Positions 1-13,700 of a stretch of 64,000 bases of DNA are shown here, in pieces (the stretch's first letter is position 1; the number at the start of each line of letters is the position of its first letter). The translations under genes were made by a program, and so were the position numbers. The notes under the pieces were generated by a model. That model was not told where the DNA came from. It saw only the letters and a list, made by a program, of their open reading frames with translations, and searched no databases. Source of the stretch: Raillietiella orientalis (lineage: Eukaryota); contig JAYWIR010000003.1 of NCBI GenBank assembly GCA_036172245.1, positions 3,720,001 to 3,784,000 of the forward strand, given 5' to 3'.

Positions 1-1660
1 ACGACCCCTTCCTGCCGACGGCCGTGGGTGCCAGCCGGCGCTCGTTAAGTCTCGCGTTCTCCGGGGTCAAAATACCCCATCCCTTCCCTCGAGGTGGAGA
101 AAGTCTCGCCGCATCGGAGGTCACCTGGTCTTCCCAATTCTGGATGCCGGACGGTGGACTCGTTCCCGGGCGCTCTCGGCGAGCAGAGCGACCAGCCGGA
201 GAGAAGAGGCAGAACTCTCCTGGTGGTTGTTCCTAGGGGACCTTAGCACTGGTATGGGTGGGGCGATCAGGGAGGGGCCAGGCAATGGACCTGAGAGGGG
301 CCTGGGGGCGGCCTCTTGGTCGGGGAACATAGGCAGAAGGAGAGACAGGAAGCGACCTTGGTTTCCAGGAAACCGGTCGGCAGCGGATGCCGACCCTGCA
401 GCTGGACGTGAGCAGAAGGCGAAGACGGAGGAGGTTTCCTGCCTATCCCGCCTTCCTATCCGAGGCGAGGATGCCACTGACCCCAACGGACTGAGGTGCC
501 TGAAATCCCCTTCTCCCTCCAGGGCGGCTTCCAAGGGGCGAGCCGAGCACCAGGAGGAGGGGAGAGGGGGGGCGCACATAATTCGAGGCGCAGTCCCGTC
601 CTTCCGTCCCGCTGCCGTGCCGATGAGCCACACTCGGAGACAGGGCGTACCGGCCGAGTTCAGCCGTTCGTGGTCCGCTCCCTCGGCTGCAGCTGGCCGT
701 CCGACCCCACCGGGAGGAAGAGGAGGAGGACAAGAAGGACGCACGAGGGCTCCCTCTTTGAGAGGTTCCATTGATGGTTCCCCTGTCCACCGGGGAGGTA
801 CCCCGGTTTAGTCGTCCTCATGTTCTGTCCTGCAAGCAATCCGAATCATGGGAGGCAGGCGGTTCTTACCTCGGGCAGACCTGCATTCCGCGGACCCTCC
901 GGGCTAGCCTCCCGAAGACGCTGGCGGCGGCGACCTGGGAGTCGACCCTCCGGTTGCCAGGCTTTCTCAGAAGGGGAGCTCTTTCGGGAGGAAAACGATC
1001 CCTCCCTGCTCCCAGAGGGTCGAAGGGCGGGAGATCGTCCAGGGGACGAGCACGCACAGACATGCCGTCACGAAGCCTCGAGGATTGACTATTTCGGAAG
1101 CGCCGCCTCTTCCCGGACCGTTTCTCAGCCTGTCCCCGCGGGGGAAAGAAGACGAAGCGGAGGGAGTGCGAAGGGCACCGTCCCTGGGGGCAGAGGGGTG
1201 GAGAAAACAGACTAGGAAGCCGCGCGGGATTTCCCGTCGAGTCCCGCCCTCTTCGCGGGCGCTTCCTGGTGCTCCTGCTTGGCCTCCGAGATCCGGAAGA
1301 CAGGTGGACAGGTGTCGCCTCCTCCGATCCCGTGAGCGTCCGCCAAGCCCTCGGGAAACGTCGCCGCAGGTGGGGGTGACCATACGTTCAGGAGGATGAT
1401 CTCCAGGAGGTCGCACCATCACTTTCCTGGCGTCCCGCTCCTTCGTCAACGTCGGAGCTGGCCTCTGGCCTTTCCCTCGTCCTTCTCGCTATGGGTGCTC
1501 CGCCGCCGTTTTGCGGCCACGTCCGTCTCGACTCCGAGGCGCCGCCGAATGACATCGCGAGACAAATGTAGACTTCCTCACCATCTTCCGCGCTCCTCCT
1601 CCCCCCTCTTCCCTCTCGAGGTACTCCAGCGCGATTCTCACGGACACTGCTCCTTTGCAG

Positions 1661-1793
1661 GCCGAGCAGCTCGCCTTCCTGTCGACGCTCTTCGTCTTCA
1701 TCCTCTTCGGCAACATTGGCGTCATCCTGGCACTGCTGGCGCAGAAGAAGAAGTCCCGCATGAGGTTCTTCATCTTGCAGCTGGCGTTCACAG
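1661..1793 (+). CDS. CCAP-R: CCAP receptor exon (TM1-TM2 start)
   Basis: tcctttgcag acceptor and ag/gtactc donor. [44 protein letters not shown] contains the TM1 GN motif. Confidence 0.92.
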
Positions 1794-4700
1794 GTACTCG
1801 TGTGTTCACCTGCCGGTCGGGGGCGAGGAAAGCGAGGGGATCACTGCATCCTGGTCCCTAGACTTCACCTCCCGGATCCATTCGCGAGGCTGAGGAAGGG
1901 GACAGGGACAAGGGAGCCTCCCTCCTGCCAGATCAGCCTTTCCTCAGACACGCGAGATGCTAAAGCACCACCGCCCCGCTTCCAACGCTTCCTCTCGCGT
2001 TTGAGCCTGTTGATCTCGTCTTAAAGGAGGCAGGGATTGACGATAAAGGGGGTAAGGGTTTGGGGGACGATGCCGAACGCGGAAGCGACGCCCAAGGACC
2101 AGACGTGCGTGTTTCCCCCAAAGGAATAGAGTTGCTGTTCCGGATGCAAGACTCCCTGCCGTTCCTCCTCAAGGCGTAGCAAGACAAGTAGCCGACTCCG
2201 GACGACCCCTTCGTTTTCTTCAGCCCTATGAACGAGGGAAGGGTCTTTCCCTTGGACTTTCCAAGCGGATGCTTTCGACGGCAGAATCGCCGGACGAGAA
2301 AGAGGCGTCTTCCTTCTCGTTTACGCGGCCTTTCGGACGCTGCGCCGAGAAGCCTGCAACTCTCGAACGGCTGTCGTTTCCTGAAAATAAATAGCTGCGT
2401 CAGCGCAGAGCAGGGAAATCCAGCCGCTGTCGTCATCGTGACGATGCTGGAAAAAATCGTTTTTTATCTTTCTACTTAAAGCTGCTTCCTGAGCGCATCT
2501 GCAGCAAATCGACAGGGAGGCAAGTGTTTCCGCTCTGCTCTTCGTCTCGTCGCCATCTCTCTTGCCTTTGTAGGAATTCATCGAAATTGAATTGCACCTC
2601 TCAGCCATAAATAAACACGATCCATCCTTTCACGAACGCGCATTGTTGAGACCGGCTGCATCGTTCGCATTGTTACGCGTTGCTGGATGTCCGTGCATTG
2701 TTGGCAGCATCTGTAGGCCCGCTCCGTTGCGTGCTGACGCATACCCGTGCATTGTTGCGGTTGGCCGCGTGCACGCGCGCAGCAGTGTTAGGGGAGTGAC
2801 GCTCTGTTCCACGGAACTGTCTCGCAGCATGAAAGCTGCTTGCGGCCTGCGAAGTCTTTTCCCGAATACGAAAGCAGGAAGAAAAGAAAAATGGGAGGGA
2901 ATACACGCACTCGGGTGCTTCTCCGCTCAGGGGGCTTTCTGGTCTTTACTAAATACAAGCGGAAGAAACGACAGGACGTTGGAAAGGATCCATGGGACGG
3001 GATGAGAAGGTAGTGGAGATTAAAGGGAGAACCTTTGAACTGCATCGCTCCGTAGAATGAAGATATCCAAGCACATCGTAGGTGTCACTCCACTTTACGT
3101 GCGCTTTACTCCAACTCTGTGTTCATTGATACAGAGGGCAACAGCAAAAAACACGCCCTTACCAGCACGATTGGACGGTGATATGTAAAGTTGCTGTAAT
3201 TTGTAGCTCATGATGCTAAATGGCAAGCTCCCCCGAAAGTAGTCATGCAAGCCAGGGAATCGCATCAACCTGATTAAATGACCAAATTACTCGGAATTTC
3301 GTTCGCGCGCTGCTATTTATGTAGTCGAGGGATTCTGGCTTCTTTATGTGAACTACTTGAGATGGATTGCTAGGCGACTTGAACTCTTGAAGGGAAGGAG
3401 AGAAAGAAAAAAAAAATCAGCCGCTTATTCATCTCCAGAATCGTCATAAGGCTATGTGAGAAAAATACAAAATCAAACTGTCGTCCTCAAATGTAATAGC
3501 TTCGTTTTCTTCGAGAGGAACGTACTTGATCGATGGGCTTGCCAAGAAAAGGTTTAACGGGCGAATGTTTCTCCATTCTGAAAAAGCGGATCAAGACCAA
3601 CCGTTGGTTGCCATCCACGTTCCGTCGAGAACGCTCTTATTCTTCGAAACTATCAAAAGGCAGGCAACTTGGTGATGTCGATTTCCTGTCTCATTTGGGA
3701 TTCTCCCGGGCACCATCTAGTTAAATGTCCTTCCTTGCTACTACTCTTGGTCACACAACTCTTAATCCATCATGTTCTTACGTCTGACTGACTTGACCTC
3801 TCGCCAGATTTTCGAGCAACGCCCATGCAAAGATCAAGTCCATGAATCTTTGGCGGGCTAAAGAGAAATTTGAAGCCATGGTTCAGGTGGGCATTGGGAA
3901 ACTGCAAGGACTGTTGCAAGCAGGATTAATAAATAGTGAAAAGGGGAAGGAGAAAGGTGTTTGGAATCTAAAGAGAGGCAAAGATGAAGCAGGACTGAAG
4001 AAAAAAATCCCCTCTTTTCTCCGTGAGGGAATTTCTGAGCTCCCTGAGAACGAAATTCTTGCAGATGAGAGAAGTGTTGCACCTCTTCTCGTGATCTAAA
4101 AGCATCTTTCCCTTGGATGAAAGGGGGAAAGCTTGCAGTTCTCCCGTTTACTGCAAGCTTTCCCTTTCTTCCACACCCAGGTTCACAATGGGGTTCCTGT
4201 CGATATAAGTGGACAATGGTCGTTTTCCCGAACACGATGGTTCTTGTTGACACCAAGCTCATTAGGTCGCACACGAGCGTTCGAGAACCTGGTGGGCGTC
4301 ATGACGACGCGCGCGATGGGATTGGAAAATCCCTTGGAAGCCTTGGAAGTTCCATTGTTGGCCATCACGTGACTCGTTCCGAAGTGCCTGGTGGCTGTTT
4401 CTTGCATGCGAAAGGAGCGCAGCCTGCCCCTCCCTCATTTGAGCCTATCTGCAGCGGAAAACTATCTTGTAATTGCTCACAACATGCGAGCGGACCAAGC
4501 GAAACGCGTGTCGTGCGCGTATAAACGATGCAGAAACCATGAGAGCCAAAACACACACACACACACTATTGCACTGAAAGGTGAACGCAAGTGCGTCCGT
4601 CGCTCCATGTGTGTGTGTTTTTTTCCGCTTCATTTCCCTTATTGGACGGAGACCGCCTTCCTTATGGATACTTAAAGTATGTAAGGTAGTTGTGTGTGTA

Positions 4701-7700
4701 CACTAAGGCATTGACATCGGTTCATGGATATCGAGACTTGTCCGCATTATCGGGGGGTTATCGACGTAAGACCGTTTGGGAAGCGAGGAGGCGCCCTTCC
4801 TCACGACTCCAGCACCTTCTCTTGGCAGTCCGCCAAACTTCCCGTCCCTCAAATCTGCAGTTCGTGGCAGTCAGGATTTTCGAATTTGCTCGCGGCAGGT
4901 CGCACGCGCACGTTCCCGTGCTTTCCTTCTAAAAGTCGAAGCCGACGCAGACTCACGCGTTGCAGAGTGCATGCTCGTTTCCGCGATGCGCAGCTGCTGG
5001 CAGTTTGCAGCCCCATTACGGGATGTCCCACAGGTGCTCCGGCGTGAATGGGATCTAGGGATGCGACGGTGGCGTGCTCTCGGGTGGGTTATTCAACAAG
5101 GTGCCTGCCATGCGTTTCCGGAATCCTAGATCAGTGGCACGTTTGAGCCAGCGAGTTTCCCTCGGTGACCTCGAGAATGGTTCTGGTTGCCTCTGCGAGG
5201 AAGAGGCGGAGAAGGGAGCAAGCCTTGCCTGCCAGACCGCACCTCTGAAATGCTCCCGTCTAAGATCGGGAAGGCGTCTTCCGCATGGGACAAGCGGCGT
5301 TTCGCGAGCCCGAAAGACAAACTTCCTCAGCTGGGCCTGCTTTTGGGGCTCGTCTGGTTTTTTTCCCTTTTTTTCTTAGCGAAGGACACAGAGGAGGATG
5401 CCGAGGAGACTGGTCTTTGAGAACGAGGCACGCCGGATCGGGAGTTCTCCTTGGTTCTGGTTCGCGCTGCTTCTACGCCTGTACCGATCGCAGCCACCTT
5501 CTCTCCCGCCACCTCCACTCCCTCTTCCTCGCTCGTCAAAAACGAAGGTGCAGGCGGTGCGTCCTGTCGCCCCTGCCCTCCTTTCGCTGTTCCTCGAGGA
5601 GTCCGAGGAATCGTCTCTTTCGGGGAGGAAGTCCTCGCCGACCTGCGAGCGGTTCCCTCGACGCCGTCTTGCCCTCTCTTCCGGGGTGGGAGAAGCGACA
5701 GGGCTCCTGCGCGGGGCGTCCGCGGAAAGGTGGCTCACCGCGTGAGTGCATGTTGGCGCGTGGAGCGCCTTCCTGGCTAACCATCCCAACGAAGCGTTCC
5801 CTTCCTAGAGGGCGGTCCAGTCTCGCGTCAGCCGCAGCAGCGGAGACGGCTTCCCAAGATCGTTCGCGGGAAGCGCCCTGCTCCCATCCCCGACAGTGTG
5901 CGGCGGTCTCTTTTCCCAGAAACAAGCCGGGAAGCCGCACTAGACGCGCACGCGCTGTTCTGTGACCGGTCAGGGGAAGGTGCGTGGATCACTTCTGTCA
6001 CGTCGGGACCTCGCCAGCAGCAACGGACTTCTTTCCTCCCCTCTTGAAGAAGGAAGGGACGGAGTTACCACGGTGGGCATCGCTCTTTCACCCTGTCCCT
6101 TCCCGAGCAAAGGAGAAGAGGAAGGAAGACGTCGGTGGAAGCTACCGCCACCCGCAACCCCTCCGCGTTTGGGTCAGGCACCCTGGCCTACCATTCTTCT
6201 TCGAGGAGGGAGCGGCCGTCAGAGCAGCTCAACTCTGAGGGAAGGGAAGGCGACCCACGGCTCCTCCCTTTCACGAGCTCCGGAGGGCCTCCCGCAAGCT
6301 CTGCGAATAAGGAAGAATGCGAAGGCGAGGTCTGTGGTGACATCACAGTTGCTAGCGTGCCAGAGACCGCAGCACGATCCTTCGTGGAGATCGCCATGTT
6401 TCTCTTTCTTCTCTTGCATCTCTGTCTCTCCGGATGCTTTCAACGATTTATCCGGGAATGCATCAATTGGTGGACGGGTGTGCAAAACAGAGGGACCTCT
6501 TAGAAACTGGACGGGCTTCGGGGAGAGGAGAGGCGGCGAAGGGAACTTTCCAGACCGCTGACCTCTCATCAAGGTCCGGAAAGAACACCCACGTCCTAAG
6601 TACCCCTTTTCTCGAGCGCGGTTTCCCCGGCAACGTGGGAGAAAAGGGGAAGGAACGACCGTGCAATCTCCAGCGGTTCCTCCTTTCGAACACGACGCCC
6701 CTTCTCTCCTGTTCCCTCTCCCTACCATCCACCCCGCTTCCGCTGGCCTACCTCTTCTCGGGCTGCAACCCGTGCCTGAGGTACAAGGTAGGTCAGTTGT
6801 GGAATCCTGCAGTAGCGCGCTCCTCGGAGAAGCTGCACAAGCTGCAAGTAAAACAGGAGGAACTTGTCGTCCTCTCCATTGTGAGCGGTGGCAGACAGTC
6901 GAGGTGTCTTGCAAGGAGGCGAACCTTGCCCAAAGACTGCTGCACACGCCGATCACAATCGGAGGGCGCAAGCTTCCCCAGTAGCGCCTGCCCACCTGAA
7001 TACTCGTCGCGAGAGAATCGAAAAAGCCGAAGCAGGGAAGTGACGAGGAGGAGCAATCGAAGGCGAGGGAGCTTAATGCATAGACCAATAAGAAGTGGGT
7101 GGAGTCGGAAACGATACAAATTAGACTCCCGAGGGAATGGGACTCACCTGAAAAAGAAGAGCGTGGAGCGGAGTGAGGGAGGACGGGTGGGTAGAAAGGT
7201 GAGTGTCAGGAGGGAGCGCGACCTGCTTCACGTGCGCGGATGAGCAGCGGGGTGAACTTCTTTCCTCCCTCGTCGTTTGCAGAGGTGTCGCCTTCCTTCA
7301 AATGAAGCATCGGGCTGCGGAGATCCTGCAAGAGAGGAGTCGCCTAGAGTGCACTCATCCGACCTCTCCCGCAGCGGATCGACTGCTTTCGCGGCCTACT
7401 GGTGCACACCACAGGAGTGGAGGAAAAACCTTACAGGGGCTCCGGTCTCTTCCTCGTTTCCGAATGGCTTTCCGGGACTGATGGTCCCTCCGGGGAATGG
7501 CTAGAGGCATCCAGCCACCCTCCCTGCCTTCCTCTGGAAGATTCACGCCATCCCTTCCTCCCGGATGCGAATCGCGGGTCGACAGCTGCGTTCGATCGGG
7601 TCTGCCCGAAGCTCCAGACAGGCTCCCCGTTGAGGACATCCCGGTCAGCTTACCCCGACGGACCTCGTTCCCGTCCGTTACCGAGCAGCACGTTTTTTCC

Positions 7701-10700
7701 TTACTCGTGTCGCCCTTTCGCTGCCCACTCTTTCGCCCACCCCCCCACCCTCCTTCCCTCCATTTCCTTTTTTTGTGGAGCTTGCGTTCGTCCGCCTTCC
7801 TAACTCTCTGGCGCGCCGCGGACATCTTCGGGAGTCTCTCGTCTGGGGTCTCCTCCTTCATCCCAGTGAAAGGATCGCGTGGAGAACATTGCTGAGGGCT
7901 CCTTGCCGAAGGGCGCCCAGCGCCCACTTCCACTTCCTTCCTGGAAGAGCGGGAGGGATTCTTATCGTTCCTTCGCCTCACCTTTGTTGAGGACCGCCTG
8001 TGAGAGAATTCTTGCCGGGAGGTGGAAGGCCTCCAGGCAGCGGAAAGAGAACGCCTGCACCATTTCCCCAGGAAACTCCACTCGCTCCTCTTCGCTTGCC
8101 GAAGATGAAGGTGTATGTGGTGCATCCTGTCACTCTTGCCTACCTTTCGCTGCTCCTCAAGGAGTCCGAGAAATCGTATCTTTTGCGGAAGAAGCTCTCG
8201 CCGGCTTGCGAGCAGTTTCCTCGACTCCATCTTGCCTTCTTCAGCACCAAGGAAGGGGTATCCGCGAAGAGTGACCTGCAAAGAGGTGATTTCCCGCGTG
8301 AGCGCTGGCACCTATCTGGATGGTGATGGTGCTCGGAGGCGTTCGCGGGCATGTAGAGGGTACGCTGCCAGAGGAAGATGATTGGCTGAAGGAACTGCGC
8401 TGAGCCACTTCTAGAGGCTGAGGAGGAAGAAGGAGCGGCGACAGGAGGTCTTTCTGTCGGTCCCTGCCACCACTGGTCATCAGGACGTGAACTTCGGGAC
8501 GGAGGCTTGGAGGCGTGGATGATAGAAAGGAAGAGTCCCAAAAGTTTGACCTTGCCTGGAACGTTCCCTCTTCGGGAGGAGAGGGACAGGAACCACACCC
8601 GTCCCGGAGAGAGAGAGACGTCTCTGCCACATTTGGGTGCGGCTTAGGACTTCCAGAGTCTGCGTCCAGGCGAAGCCACGGCGCAGGCATATCCAGCAGG
8701 ATCGAAGGATCGAAGTGTGCGCGTAGATCCCCCCTCCTCTGCGGTGGGAGTCTCTCTTACGTGCGCTGCATGCGCGCCTTTCTGCGGCGGCCAGCTGACG
8801 CCTGCGTTTGTCTTTCAGACCTGCTAGTGGGCCTCATCAGTGTGCTGACGGAGATCTTCTGGAAAGTCACGGTCGAGTTCGAGGCCGGCAACATCGGCTG
8901 CAAGCTGATCCGCTACCTGCAGGTAGGACGCTGGGATGCACCGCCCCCGTCTTTTGCCTCACCCTTCCGCGCGGGGCGATTTGGGTGGGCAGCGAAACAT
9001 CCTGGTGATGAAGCCTCGGACGGACCTCTGGGAGTGTCTGTGGCCTCCAGGTCGAGTTGGCGTCCCTCACCCCCGGGGAAAGTGGATTCCGGAGGTCTCT
9101 CTTCTCGCTTCAGCTCGAGACTCGACCGGAAGTAAGGAGGAGGAAGTCCCCGATAGTCCCCATCTAGGACTCACAGTGAGGCGACGCTCTCGAGGACCGG
9201 AAAAACGGCGAAGCCCCACCCCATTCCTTCTGCAACCTCGCTCGTCCCGTCAGGCGCGCTCCTGCCTAATGGACGCATCCCTTCGTCTTCCAGGCGTGTC
9301 CTTTTTCCTCGACAGATTAGCTTCTGTTGTCCCCACCCTCGGAGGCGGCGAAGGCAAAAACTTCCTGCCGCAGCGCCCGTTCTTTCCTGGAAACCGTGCT
9401 CACTTCCGGCACAAAGCGATCCGCAAGCTGCCTTCGGGTGTCTCCAGGAGGGGAATTGCTCTCTCGGTCCCTGTCTTGCCTCATCCTTTTTTTTTTTGCT
9501 CTCTGCTTTCCAGGGCGTGGTCACCTTCTCCTCGAATTACGTCCTGGTGGCCCTGACCATCGATCGGTACGACGCCATTGCGCACCCGATGGGATTTACC
9601 GGGTCATGTACGTATGCGCTCTCTGCGACCCTGCGCAGAGGTGGGCCGGGGTGAACTTCTCAGGTAAAGCCGCAATCCACCTCCAAGTAGGGAACTTTTG
9701 CACCTCCCCTCCCTTCCCTTCTCTCCTTCACTTGACTCTCACGAGACTTTTCGGCAGCAGCCTCAACAGCTGGGGGCGTCCGCGAGCATTGCAGCCATCG
9801 CAAAATTCAGAGCAACGAATGGGTCACGCCGCCTCCAGAAGAGCCATGACGCGGCCATGGCGTCCGGCAGGCCTGCGCTTCCTCTCACGAAACGAGATTA
9901 AGTTCCATTTCCAGCGCTCCTCTTTTCTCCGGAGGAGTGCCGGGCGATCTCGGCCGGGATGTATCGTGACCCGCTCTTCGGACTCGCGAGCACCCTTCCC
10001 CCCAGCAACAGCTCTTTCGGGCAGAGCCGCGGTTTCAGCAGCTCCCAAGGCCGGGGGAGCCGCGCTCTTCCTTGAGAAAGTGGACCTAAAGGATTCCCTT
10101 TGAAGATCTCCCCACCTCCAGCGCCAGCGTCACTAATGGTTTGCCTTCCTAACTGCGCACCGCACTCCTGGGATGGTTTTTGGTTTCAAAGGTCTGCCGC
10201 TTTCTTGCTCTCAAGGAAATCCGCAGCGGCATGGGCTGCGACCTCTCCAGGGGCGTAGCTGGCGGATGCGTGGTCTAGCTCGACCTCAGAACCAGAGCAC
10301 ATTGCGTGCACCCTTTCTGGAGAGACTAAGCGCTCTGCAGAGTTGGGTCGCAAAATCCCACACGATGGTGAGCCTCAGAGGCTGGAGGGAGTGACTCAGA
10401 TGGACCACCTCCTCCGATCCCTCTGGGTTCTTCTTCTGTAGCTGCAAGAGCATCGTCTCACCCACCCCTGTTCATCTTCACCGGACGAGGGGTTTCTGGC
10501 GAAAACGCGGAAAGCGGCACTTTTCCTCACACCGAGATCCACTACCACGTATGTTTCCAGGGAAACGGGCTCGGCTCCTGATAGCGACGGCATGGACCCT
10601 CAGCTTCCTTTTCTCAGCACCGCTGCTCTACCTGTACCAGGAAGAACTCATATCCGGTAAGGAAGGATCTGTCCTCTTGAACCCTTTTTTTCCCGGGGAC

Positions 10701-13700
10701 AAGGTTCCGATCTTTATCTTCGTCGAGAAAGCCGGGACGTGGAAACGGGGCGGGAGAAGAGAGAGCATGGCAGCCGAGACCTCCGGACGCGGCGGAGTGG
10801 TGTGTTTCCCTCTGCTTTCCAAACGATCACTGGGGAAGACATCTTCCGAGTTTCCTCCGGACTCGGCAGCTCACTGGACCGGGGAGGGCGAAAAACAGGG
10901 GCATCCGCCTAGGACTTTTCAAGAGAATTGACTTTTTTTTTTAACATAGCATTTCGTAAAGCTAAGTGCAGTCGCTGCGTTGTCTGGAGCGTCGGTTTCA
11001 ACGCACCCGATTTCATTTGGTGCGCTTCACACCCTTTCAGATGGAGAAGCGAAGGGCTTCTTCTCTCCTGCTCTTCCAGAGAGCTCCGCGCAAGAAGTGC
11101 CCGCGGAACTTCCTCCAAGGCCACCCTATGAACGCCTCCGAGTCTAGGAAAAGCAATGCAGCGCGACCTCCGAAGCAGCTGCCATTTTGAAAAAGAGAAA
11201 AAGGGTGGCCCGCAAACCACAAGAGTCTGTTTTCCTTCCCCCCGCCCTTCCTCTCCACTGACTTTCACTGGGTGGAGGAGAGAATTTTCGATGCTCTCGA
11301 TGTCTTTCGCTCCCGGCGGAGATGGCTATTGGTGTTCGTGGTAACGCCGACCGAGAAGGAGACGGCGGTGCCTCCTCGATCGGCTCTTGGAACTGTCGTG
11401 GAGGTGCACCGAGCAAGCTCTGTTAGCTCGTACGTCTCTCGAGATCTGAAAACAGACACTTTTGGTTTTTCTTCCGCCTTTGCGCCATCACCGCCACTGG
11501 CGGTGTCTGCGGCAGTGCTTTCCGAAGACTTTCGAAAGGCATCGCTGTTTTTCTAAGAGAATGCGCTCTCGGGTCAGATGCTGCTTCTGTCACTTGAGGA
11601 GGGGAGATGAGAGAATGAGTACCGACTGAGGAGGATGGCGGTGGGGACAGCGACTACTTGAACAAAGCAGATCCCCCACAGAGGATCCACATGCAGGTGG
11701 TTCCAGGAGTCTAGTTGGCGGAAGCCTCAGTCTGGCTTTGGTTTCCGGCAGCCGTGAGCAGGCCAGTCGTAAGTTCTGCCCTCTGGAAGGAGTAACCGGT
11801 CGGCGGTCGCAACGCAGAGATGCAGTCAGCCATTACCTTTGCCTTCTCTTTCTCTTCAGCCTTCCTGACCAGTGTTCGCGAAGATGCCCCTGGGATCTCT
11901 GAACCACCGCTCTCAGTTACCCTGAGCTCAGAGAGCGCGCGGAGGCGCAGCGCGGGCCGTGTGTTTCTCCGCGGCCTCTCCGCGGTTTCTGTCAAATACC
12001 TCCGCGCGCACATCCGTCCTTCCCCGTTTTCCCCGCCACCGCAGCTCAGAAGGCGAGAACAGAAAGTCTGGGTTGCCTCCTCTCCTCTGGTTCCTTGATG
12101 AGCGTATTCTTCTCAACTCTTTCTTCAGGCACGATCCAGTGTTGGGTGGACATGGATCCTTGGCAGTGGAAGCTGTACATGACCGCCGTGACGTTGGCCG
12201 TGTTCTTCATACCGACGGTCATCATCTCGGCCTGCTACGCCATCATCGTCTACAAGATCTGGAGGAAGTGTGAGCACCTGCACTACTCTGAGTCCGACAA
12301 GACTGCAGACGAGAGTAAGTCCGGGAGGCGTGACGAAAGGTGCGCAAAGGGAGAAATGTTCCCCTTACGAGTCCAGTCGGAAACTTCGCTCTCTTTGTGG
12401 GCCTCAAGGGGTGCTTGCACGAGTTCGGCCCCGTTGGAGAGACTCCTCCTTCCTGGGCATCCTCGTGTTCGGGACGGTCACCTGTTCATCAGGGCTACTT
12501 TGCAGGCATCTCAGATGCTGCTGGATAAGAGGATCCATGATCCGGAGAGGGGGGGGGAAGGAAAGATATCCTTCCGGTAGCAGTAGGTCCCGCGGAACCG
12601 GAATGATTGTGCTGCAGAGGGAACACCGAGGACCCGTAAGGGCTGCTCAATCCTTTTCCTCGAACCGAGGGTCTCTTGAGTTCCGAAGAAGTGCCTTCGG
12701 GCTGCCCTCTCTTCTAAGACGCTTTTTCTTAGCGGGCGGGAGAGAGGCTTCCCTCTCTCCTACAGGTCCTGCAGTAAGCATGGAACTCCAAGGAAGGGAA
12801 GGTGGAGGAGGAACGTCCCGTGGCAGGGTTTTCGGGTGTACCGTGACCAATGCTGCTGGCTCCTATCCCTTCTTTCCCTCGTCTCCCTCCCTGAGTTCAA
12901 AATGCTCCCCTCTTCTCGTTCCCCATCTAAGCATTGCTTGCTAGTCCCGGAAACGGGGACTCGGCTGCGTGAGGCGAGGAGCCTCCGAAAGACGCTGGCT
13001 GCTCCACTCCCGCAGTCACAATAGCCCTAGCATCTTCCCAGACCCTCCCTTTCCGTCCTTCTGGAAGGAAGACGAAGATGCAAGGAAAAGCCCCTTGCGG
13101 TGGCTGAGGTCTCTCCTGGCCGGAGGAGGCCCCCGGTCATCCGTTCTCAAGTGCCACGGATATGCAGGGCCTGCCCTTCCCCTTTCCCGGTGTCAATTGC
13201 CCCGTCTTCCAGACCCCTGTAGATCTTGAAGAAAAAGAGACCCTCATGGGCGCGCTTTATTCTCGGCTGCTTTGGATCGCAGCGGGCTGGGTCTCCGCTG
13301 AGCTCCGCAGGCGGCGGAACGCGGAGCAGACGACCACGGTGGCGGCCGTTGACCTTTTCGGGTGTCGCTCCTCTTTTGGTGACAGGAAAGGCAAGAAACG
13401 GGGAAGCATCCGTTTAGGACTTTCCGGCGGCTCTAACGGACTGCTAATTCTCCTCTCCCTCCCCTCCACTCCCCTTGAGATCAGTTCTCCATCCTCTGCT
13501 TCCTGTGCTCTGGGAGTACGTCCAGTAGACCGTTCCCCGTAAACCGGAGGGCAGGGAGCCTCTCTTCCTTCCACTGCTGACGCTCCCTCCTGCGGCATCC
13601 CGGGATCAAAGAAAGGAGGAGTGAACTGCGGTCTCCCTTCCCTCCGGGGTCGTAAGAAGAGCTCCGTGAGAGCTCGAAAAACGCTTTCGCGGAATAAGAA

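Noticed and set aside
24..1600. Search for the CCAP-R first coding exon among the long ORFs
   Set aside because: No N-glycosylated N-terminal exon with a phase-0 donor was recognised. The ORFs are GC-rich noise or TE relics, and the exon is probably upstream of the window.
4183..4407. Minus-strand [12 protein letters not shown] resembling the integrase SDNG motif
   Set aside because: No other integrase motifs or LTRs nearby.
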